DNA of 20,000 nucleotides from Folioceros fuciformis (Eukaryota): NCBI GenBank assembly GCA_049999805.1, contig JBNGIO010006191.1, positions 289,088 to 309,087 of the forward strand, read 5' to 3'. Shown piece by piece: positions 10,195 to 16,938 of this stretch (position 1 is its first letter; each line of letters starts with the position of its first letter). The notes under the pieces were generated by a model. It saw only the letters and a program-made list of their open reading frames with translations, ran no database searches and was not told where the DNA came from. The position numbers and the translations under genes were made by a program.

Positions 10195-12093
10195 TCACTT
10201 GATCGCATTGTCGGGTGCCTGTGCCTGTGCTTGAGAGAACTTAAAGCCAATCACTGCCGCAATATTCTGATTGAGAAGTGCGAACCCCTCCAAGAGCTTC
10301 TCCAGCTTATCATTCACACGCTCCAGCACACAAAGCTGAGGCCTGCGGCTTTCCTCCCCAGTGTGACCGGTCCTCTCGACATGCTCCATGTGCTGCGTGA
10401 GAAGGTCCATCATCAGCTCAGCTCGATACTTCATGGCCTCCTCCCTCTTCTCCGAAGCCTCCAGCTGCGCCTTCATCAACATTTGCATCTCCTTGAGAGA
10501 AGAGCTGATGCCGCGGGTCTTCTTCTCAAGAGGATTCACACTGCCGGCATCGTTGGCAGAAAACAGGATATCCTCTCTCCCAAAAGCCGCCGCGAACGCA
10601 TCACCACCGTCCTCCAACCGAGGGTCCCCGCCAAACACGTCTCCCTTGGAATCAAGATTGAGATACTTGTCCTTCAAGGCGTGCACAACGGGAATCACCC
10701 TGGCGTCTTGCGATGCCCCAGCCGCACACCCGGACCCGGCAACAGCCAAGCGGGGAAGCGGAGTGAGGTTCTTCCCCGACACCTCGTACCAAACATCATA
10801 AAACTTAGGCTTGAGAAGCTCCCGCCCGGCAATGCTAGGATTCCAGGACGGCTCTGAGCGTGCAATCTTAGCAGAGAGATACCTGTAGTCCGTGCACTCC
10901 CGCCTCACGCTCCAGTACTTGCTCTGGCACTGCTTCTTGGAGAAGTGCTTACCGAACCTCTCCTGCATGGCCTTGAGGATGGGAGTCCATTTCTTCTGGT
11001 ACTTCACCTGGCCGTTGTTCTCCTCCCACAGCCGCTGGTGGATGGCGTCGTACGTCCGGAAGAGGAACTTGACGGACTCGTCAGTCCACGTGATGGCCTG
11101 ATCCGGCGATGTGCTCTTCCCGTCGTTCTTCGAGCTCTTATTCTTCTTCTTCTTGTGCGCATCGCCGAGGGCCCCGGCCCCGGCTTCGGCTTCTCTGGAT
11201 GTCTCCTTGCTGCTAGATCCACTGTAGGGCGCGGAAGGGGAGCAGAGGCCGGGCACCTCGACCCCCTCCACGCCCCCGTGCTTGCGCTTCTTTTTCTTCT
11301 TCTTGCCGTCCTCGGACTCGTCCACATCCGACTCGTCGTCCCTAGCTCCCACTCGCTTTGCCTTCCTCCGCCCGGGCTCCTTCCCCGCCAGTCCCTTGTC
11401 CCCGTGGCGCTGCAGCGGGTCCTCCCTGGGAGACGTCCTCTTGGCCGAGCGGGCCCGCGCGGGCTCCTCCTCCTCCTCAAACGGGATGTCACTGCGGTTG
11501 CTGAATTCAGGACTCCCGGTGGAGTTCTCACTGCCCTCGCCGCCTTCCATGTGTCCCTCTCCCTCAAGGAATGCGGCCCCGCCACCACTCCTCATGATGC
11601 TGTCCACCACCACGCCCTCGCTGCTCTGCACGAGGTGCTGCCACGCCGACGACGCCAGGAACTGCTCGGAGAAGGCCGGCAGAATCTGGTGCAGGGGCGA
11701 GCCCTGCAGCAGCAGCTGGCCGGCCGCTCCGCTCGCGGAGCCCGGCTGCTGCATCCAGCTCGGGCCCGGCATGCCCGCCGCCGCGGATCCGATTCCGCAC
11801 CCGCCGCTCACCGCCCATCCCGGACCGTAGAGCTGCGAGAAGAAGGAGGCGCCCGCGGTCGGCGAGAAGGGCGCGGGCACGAAGAACGAGGGCAGTAGAC
11901 CAGGGCGAAAGCCGGTGTCGTCCCCCGAGCTGCCGGAAGTTCCGGAATCCTGCTTCTGCAGATGCTGCGCCTGTTCTGCCCACAGGCACTCCTGCTGCTC
12001 CAACTGCACCTGGAGCTGCCCATCGCGCAGCGCCTCGTCCGGAGACGGCGAGGACGCGGACTCGGACCTTGCCAGCTTCATGCTCACACACAT
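10195..12093 (-). CDS. Myb/SANT-like (trihelix-type) DNA-binding protein with C-terminal coiled coil, single exon, about 632 aa (start could be the ATG at 12081)
   Basis: Myb/SANT-like domain ITWTDESVKFLF...KKWTPILKAMQERFGKHFSKKQCQSKYWSVRR followed by PKFYDVWYEV. Basic NLS-like runs (KKKKKKRKH, HKKKKNK). Heptad-rich tail (LKEMQMLMKAQLEASEKREE; LERVNDKLEKLLEGFALLNQ). Confidence 0.85.
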   Translation of the reverse strand: MCVSMKLARSESASSPSPDEALRDGQLQVQLEQQECLWAEQAQHLQKQDSGTSGSSGDDTGFRPGLLPSFFVPAPFSPTAGASFFSQLYGPGWAVSGGCGIGSAAAGMPGPSWMQQPGSASGAAGQLLLQGSPLHQILPAFSEQFLASSAWQHLVQSSEGVVVDSIMRSGGGAAFLEGEGHMEGGEGSENSTGSPEFSNRSDIPFEEEEEPARARSAKRTSPREDPLQRHGDKGLAGKEPGRRKAKRVGARDDESDVDESEDGKKKKKKRKHGGVEGVEVPGLCSPSAPYSGSSSKETSREAEAGAGALGDAHKKKKNKSSKNDGKSTSPDQAITWTDESVKFLFRTYDAIHQRLWEENNGQVKYQKKWTPILKAMQERFGKHFSKKQCQSKYWSVRRECTDYRYLSAKIARSEPSWNPSIAGRELLKPKFYDVWYEVSGKNLTPLPRLAVAGSGCAAGASQDARVIPVVHALKDKYLNLDSKGDVFGGDPRLEDGGDAFAAAFGREDILFSANDAGSVNPLEKKTRGISSSLKEMQMLMKAQLEASEKREEAMKYRAELMMDLLTQHMEHVERTGHTGEESRRPQLCVLERVNDKLEKLLEGFALLNQNIAAVIGFKFSQAQAQAPDNAIK

Positions 12094-12601
12094 TCCCGTC
12101 TATCCACACGCACCACTCTGCCAAAACCCCGGAATCCCACCCTGCCACCCTCTCCCCGTTCCGTTCTCCATCGCACTCCGTTGCGGATATTCCACGACTC
12201 CGGGCACATGGGCGAACGTATCTGCATTTTTTCCCCCTTATACTTTTCAGGCCTTTCTGCCACTCACCTTATCTTATGTACGTATCTAGCTACTGTTCAT
12301 ACATATATGCCTCCCAGCCCACCCACATGCCAGCCAGCACCACCAAGCTTGGAAAATTCTTAGTCCAAGTCGTGGCTTCTAATTTTGTTCAATATACTTG
12401 CTATTGTAATTTTTTTATCCATTGTTAAAGCAAGTTGAAAGCTTTGGAATACTTTGCTTTGGGGATTATGGTCGGTGCTATATATGTATGTGTACATACA
12501 TACCATACCACGTATTATTGAACCATATTGAACGTGAGATTTATTATATTCCCATACAGAAGCCAGGAGTGGAATTCTGCCTACCCTTTGAAGCCAAATA
12601 G

Positions 12602-12643
12602 GGCTCGGCTCAGCTCGGCTCGGCCCGTATCGGCTCGGCTCGG
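12602..12643. repeat. (GGCTC)n pentamer repeat in the divergent promoter / 5' leader of the COX14-like gene
   Basis: GGCTCGGCTCAGCTCGGCTCGGCCCGTATCGGCTCGGCTCGG seen directly. Confidence 0.8.
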
Positions 12644-12715
12644 CGCCGACGGTGAGTGTTGGCTGTTAGTCCTCAGGGCCAATTTTCTCGAGGTGTGCTT
12701 GCAGCCGGCGTGGAC

Positions 12716-13065
12716 ATGTCTCCGCAGTCTTCTCGTCGAATCGGGAGGAAGGTTGCGGACGTAGCGTACAAGGGTGTGACGGCCGGCCTCGGGGTCTGCA
12801 CAGTTTTTTTCTTCGGGAATCTCATGTTCAATGTCGGCCGGGGCCTAGCTTGGCACATGTCCCAAGCTGTACGCTTCGCTGTGGCTCTTGGATTTGAGTC
12901 AGGCTTCTGTTTGTGGTCGGCCCTCGCTTGGGACTTTTGTTGCGTCTTTTGGGTAGCTGTAGGGCTCACTGGAAGAAGCTTCTGGCCTGGTGTTGGCATG
13001 TGCAGAAGAAGGAGCAAGAGCAAGAGGCCGTGGCGCAGCAGGGTTCCCAACCTGGTCCACAGTAG
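12716..13065 (+). CDS. COX14: COX14-like cytochrome c oxidase assembly micro-protein; exons 12716-12868 and 13006-13065; 70 aa (MSPQSSRRIGRKVADVAYKGVTAGLGVCTVFFFGNLMFNVGRGLAWHMSQA|KKEQEQEAVAQQGSQPGPQ*)
   Basis: Pattern K-x-A-D-x-x-Y-K, then one hydrophobic TM helix, then W and a charged Q/E tail; this resembles COX14/C12orf62 as recalled. Clean phase-0 GT-AG intron 12869-13005. Probable 5' UTR intron 12652-12704 (GTGAGT...TTGCAG). Confidence 0.75.
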
Positions 13066-13068
13066 GTT

Positions 13069-13077
13069 CTAGGGTTT
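13069..13077 (-). promoter_or_regulatory. Telo-box (AAACCCTAG on the minus strand)
   Basis: CTAGGGTTT sits between the COX14-like stop and the first neuroguidin ATG. Telo-boxes are established features of plant ribosome-biogenesis/translation gene leaders. Confidence 0.55.
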
Positions 13078-14415
13078 ATGGGATTAAGGTCTGCGGAGGG
13101 GGAGTCTACGGCTCTAAGGTTGCCGCGGCATCTTGGAGCTTGGCGGAGGCCGGAAGGTTCTGAGATGGAAGATGAGGAAAGTCCAATACGATCTGTGAAA
13201 GGTGAAAACCGGAAGAAGAAGAAGAAGACGAATGCCGAGTGCAGGGCGCAAGGGGAGGAGGAAGTGAATGAAGTGGTGAGCAGTGAGATGGTGGAGGAAC
13301 GACTTGTGGAAGATGGTAGCTTGTTGTCGAAGGAGGAGCAAGTCATGAGTGATGCTCCGGAGTTGATACGGCTTCTTGATGAGCTGAAGGGATCGCTTGA
13401 GGAGTTGGAGCAGAAGGTAGTGCCTCTTTTAGAGAGAGTGCGATCTGGTGGACTTCCTACCAAAGATGGCCTGAGCTATTTGGAGGTCAAGCATCTGCTT
13501 TTGTTGAGCTACTGTCAAGCCCTTGTGTTCTATCTGCTGCTCAAGGCGGAAGGTCGGTCTGTGAGGGATCATCCTGTGATCCAACGTCTTGTCGAGTTGC
13601 ATTTGTTTATGGAGAAGATGCGCCCTCTGGACAAGAAGCTTGAGTATCAAGTCGAGAAGCTCCTTAGGTCTACTGAGCAGAGCAATGGTTCCCAGGATGT
13701 GAAGGATAAGGATGCGTTGAAGTACAGACCTAATCCCAGTTTACTAGTGCCTAAAGTTGACACAGGCACTCAAGAAGCGGGAGGTTTGTATCGTCCTCCT
13801 ATGATAGCTCCAACTGCCATGAAGGAAGACTTGAGGCCCGGTGACAAAAGGTCTAGGGATCGGGCGGAAAAAGAAGCCCGCCGTAGGGCAGTACGCAGTT
13901 CGTTTGTGAAGGAGCTTGCGAATGACTTGGAGGGGAGACCGGAAGAGGTTAGGTTTTCGCAGCTCTCCTTTGGGGCTGAGAGTAAGGAACTGAATAGAGA
14001 GCGGGAGAAACTGGAGGCTCGTGCGAAGCAGGAGGAAGATCTTTTTGCCAGAGTTCCTCTCTCTAAAGCCGAAAGGACGAAGCTGAAGCACATGAAGAGG
14101 TCAAGGAGTAACCTGATGGGCATGTTTGATGATTTCGATGATGGTGTCGCGGATCTGGTGGGGATGGAGGACGGAGAGGACGGAAAGGCAAGGAAGGGTG
14201 TGGACGGGCCACCTACTGACTCGTTGCGGCCTAGAAAGCTCTCGCAAGTTGCTGAAACCGGACGTGCTTCTAAGAAGCAAAGGGTAGGTTCCCATGGTGT
14301 CCTACCGACTAAGGCTGGTAAAGGGGAGAGACGGGGCAAGCATGACATCCAAAATGCTTCTAGGAAACAGGTACCGAGAAGGAAGGGCGGACGAGCCCGA
14401 GGACATGGAAGCTGA
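13078..14415 (+). CDS. NGDN: Neuroguidin/Lcp5-like protein, Sas10/Utp3/C1D family (SSU processome); single ORF, start at 13078 or 13165
   Basis: Sas10/Utp3/C1D domain GLSYLEVKHLLLLSYCQALVFYLLLKAEG...DHPVIQRLVEL...EKMRPLDKKLEYQVEKLL. Neuroguidin-type motifs LKYRPNP, GLYRPP, LEGRPEEVR and QEEDLFARVPLSK. Confidence 0.85.
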   Translation: MGLRSAEGESTALRLPRHLGAWRRPEGSEMEDEESPIRSVKGENRKKKKKTNAECRAQGEEEVNEVVSSEMVEERLVEDGSLLSKEEQVMSDAPELIRLLDELKGSLEELEQKVVPLLERVRSGGLPTKDGLSYLEVKHLLLLSYCQALVFYLLLKAEGRSVRDHPVIQRLVELHLFMEKMRPLDKKLEYQVEKLLRSTEQSNGSQDVKDKDALKYRPNPSLLVPKVDTGTQEAGGLYRPPMIAPTAMKEDLRPGDKRSRDRAEKEARRRAVRSSFVKELANDLEGRPEEVRFSQLSFGAESKELNREREKLEARAKQEEDLFARVPLSKAERTKLKHMKRSRSNLMGMFDDFDDGVADLVGMEDGEDGKARKGVDGPPTDSLRPRKLSQVAETGRASKKQRVGSHGVLPTKAGKGERRGKHDIQNASRKQVPRRKGGRARGHGS

Positions 14416-14799
14416 GAAATACTATTTGTACCGACGGGTCACAGAGTTGCAGGCGTACAAGAATGCCGCAAAAGTCTGCCAGAGTCTCTAGGGAGCTAAC
14501 ATGGGTTCCGACGGAGGAAGATGTTGAAGGTTGAGAGGAGAAAATGACGTCGGTTGGAGGGGAAAGCTAACCTTCAGTTCATTGCGCGTTCGGCAAGTGT
14601 GTTTCCCCGCGTCTCGTCATGAGCCTGTGTCATTGATTATTGCCCTGCGAGAGGAGTGCACAGGAAAGACCACTTGTCCTTCTTTGCGAGGTCTTTCCAT
14701 TGAAATGTACACGCTCCAAGAGGACCATTCCACAGAGATGCCATTGAATGTTACATTGTTTGGGCAATGAAAAACTTGAATATGTTAACGGGATGTCTT

Positions 14800-14975
14800 T
14801 CACAGTTGGTTCCCTCTTTCCTCATTCATTTCAGAGTTGGTCTTCCTCTCATTATTTTTTGCAGGACTTCTTGTGTCTCTTTCATTTTGGAGTTGGTTCA
14901 CCTTTGTCTCATCCCTTTTAGAGTTGGTCTACCTCTTGTCTCATCCCTTTTAGAGTTGGTCTACCTCTTGTTTCA
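14800..14975. repeat. Degenerate tandem repeat, about 30-32 bp unit with core AGAGTTGGTCTACCTCTTG
   Basis: Two near-identical 32-bp copies (14909-14940, 14941-14972) plus more diverged upstream copies containing AGTTGGT. Confidence 0.8.
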
Positions 14976-15016
14976 TTCGTCCGAGAGTGAGTCTCCCTTT
15001 GCCTCGGGTGTTCAGG

Positions 15017-15173
15017 TGTTGCAACCATAGGCTCCAAAATATCTTGTATTTCAACATCTAAATCTCTTCAACCTTAAGACTTAGCATACATTTTATATAT
15101 ATACATAGCATGAATTCATACATATATAGGATGGCCAACCCCTATATTGATATATTTGTATATTCTTGCAACA
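15017..15173. mobile_element. 157-bp AT-rich element with terminal inverted repeats TGTTGCAA...TTGCAACA (solo LTR or MITE-like)
   Basis: Perfect 8-bp terminal inverted repeat, TG...CA ends, TA-rich interior. No target-site duplication found. Confidence 0.4.
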
Positions 15174-15255
15174 CTGCGCATAGATGCCCTCCTTGGGTGC
15201 TTCCTCCCCATCTTGCACACCAAGGCTACTAGTTATCTTTCCACTCTTTCGTGCT

Positions 15256-15565
15256 TCACTTCACATAAGATCGAATAAAGGAGCACCTTCTCTGCACCCC
15301 CTCACTTCACATAAGATCGAATAAAGGAGCACAAGATCGAATAAAGGAGCACCTTCTCTGCACCCCTTCCCTCTTTCGTGGCTCACTTCCCATGAGAATG
15401 ACCGAAAGGAGCACCTCATGACCGAAAGGAGCACCTTCTCTACACTCCCTTCCTCGATGCGAGTAGAACATAACAAGCAATAACATTAAATCATGACCGA
15501 AAGGAGCACCTTCTCTACACTCCCTTCCTCGATGCGAGTAGAACATAACAAGCAATAACATTAAA
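15256..15565. repeat. Compound tandem repeat built on AAAGGAGCAC, including a perfect 75-bp duplication
   Basis: 46-bp-period copies at 15256 and 15302; identical 75-bp copies at 15416-15490 and 15491-15565; AAAGGAGCAC occurs six times. Confidence 0.92.
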
Positions 15566-16112
15566 TAATCCGATTACTACTTTCAATATTATGTCATTAC
15601 AACCTTTCCACATGTGGTGGAACATGAAGATGCAAATTTGTAACACAAAAGCTTTGATTCAATTATTTAGTCTGCTACAAGCTTCATGGTTAGACAACGC
15701 TATCAAGATGCGTTGATTGTGTTTTGACTTTGAGCTTTTCAAACAAACTATCAAAAGAATGCTCATTCATCCTTATCAGACACTTGTATACTTGCCACTT
15801 GCCGAACATTCCTAAGTGCTATCAACTATCCACATAGTTAACTACCACAACACCTCCTCCTTTCTTGATAACTTTTCATTTACTAGCTATCTCTTTGGTC
15901 AAAACACAGCGGCTTCATCTTCACTACGCACTTGTTTGCCAGAACTTGTTAACTTGCACGTTACCGGAGGATTTACGTAGCAAGTTCACATAGATGCAGC
16001 ACTCAAGCAAACTTTCTAAGTCATTACAATAACAAGCATAAGACATTGGTAGGTATGATTAATAGAATGAGAGTAAGACATTGGTGGATACAAAATGATA
16101 AGGAGCAAAAGG

Positions 16113-16355
16113 TGTTGGAATCCTCATGCGTCAACTACACTAGTTGATTAGGGCACGGTTCATATGAGTGGATACTTGGCATTAACTAACCATGGTAGAC
16201 TGAACTTACCGTACTTAACCTCAGCGGTTATAACTTAGATATGATTATCAAAGCGAGCAGTTATAACTACAGAAAACAAGCCCCTGACCATCAATGTAAT
16301 TAAGCCCCTGATCATCAATGTAATTATCCTTTTCATAAATCTCGCTTCCACTTTA
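16113..16355 (+). repeat. 5' LTR of the copia element (about 240 bp) with an internal 24-bp tandem duplication at 16278-16325
   Basis: TG start; TTCCA near the end mirrors TGGAA; followed directly by the PBS; AAGCCCCTGAYCATCAATGTAATT occurs twice. Confidence 0.7.
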
Positions 16356-16367
16356 TGGTATTAGAGC
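16356..16367 (+). other. Primer binding site for initiator tRNA-Met
   Basis: TGGTATTAGAGC differs by one C>T change from the canonical TGGTATCAGAGC. Confidence 0.85.
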
Positions 16368-16938
16368 TGAAGAGTCCAGCCCCCTTCGGCTTCACGCGCC
16401 TGGCTCTTCTCAGCCACTCGTAATGGCGCGCACTTGGAGCAACAGAGGCAAGCTTCGACGATCCTAGGGCATCTACCATGCCTCGATGTCGCACCCCAGC
16501 GAGCTATGCTCTAAGTAGAAATGCCCCGAGCCGAATTGCCCTCACACAACCTCGTCACACACGACCAGTGACGCCACCATGGACGCGAACCTGCAACTAC
16601 TACGGAGACACCTCTATCATCCGACCAGACTATCTTCCTGAAGCAAGAAGCGTTTCAAGAATCCGCATAGCGACAGCCTTACCTGCGCGCTACAGCAGCA
16701 TGATCTTGCTAGCACCTCGCAACCTTGCTATATCCTTTGAGGATTACCTTGAAAGTCAACTAGTTTTGATCCAGATGCAGATGGAGGCACTTCTTGTCGC
16801 CATCTCCAACTTACTAGTACACACAAACAATGAATCAAAAGCACTCTAAAGAGGTGAATGCCTCATTATGATCCACTAGGTTAGCACACAACCAACCTGA
16901 TTGCTAAGAAACTCACCTGTCTTGCAAAGCGTACAGCA

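Noticed and set aside
10231-11898. Antisense ORFs of 208 and 317 aa on the plus strand
   Set aside because: They mirror the GC3-rich Myb/SANT CDS and have no independent domain signal.
12656-13072. 138-aa unspliced ORF from the ORF track
   Set aside because: It begins at a non-ATG codon inside a probable leader intron and runs through the T-rich intron 12869-13005. The spliced 70-aa model fits better.
15256-15565. CRISPR-like appearance of recurring AAAGGAGCAC motifs
   Set aside because: Eukaryotic context, the spacers are themselves duplicated rather than unique, and there are no cas genes.
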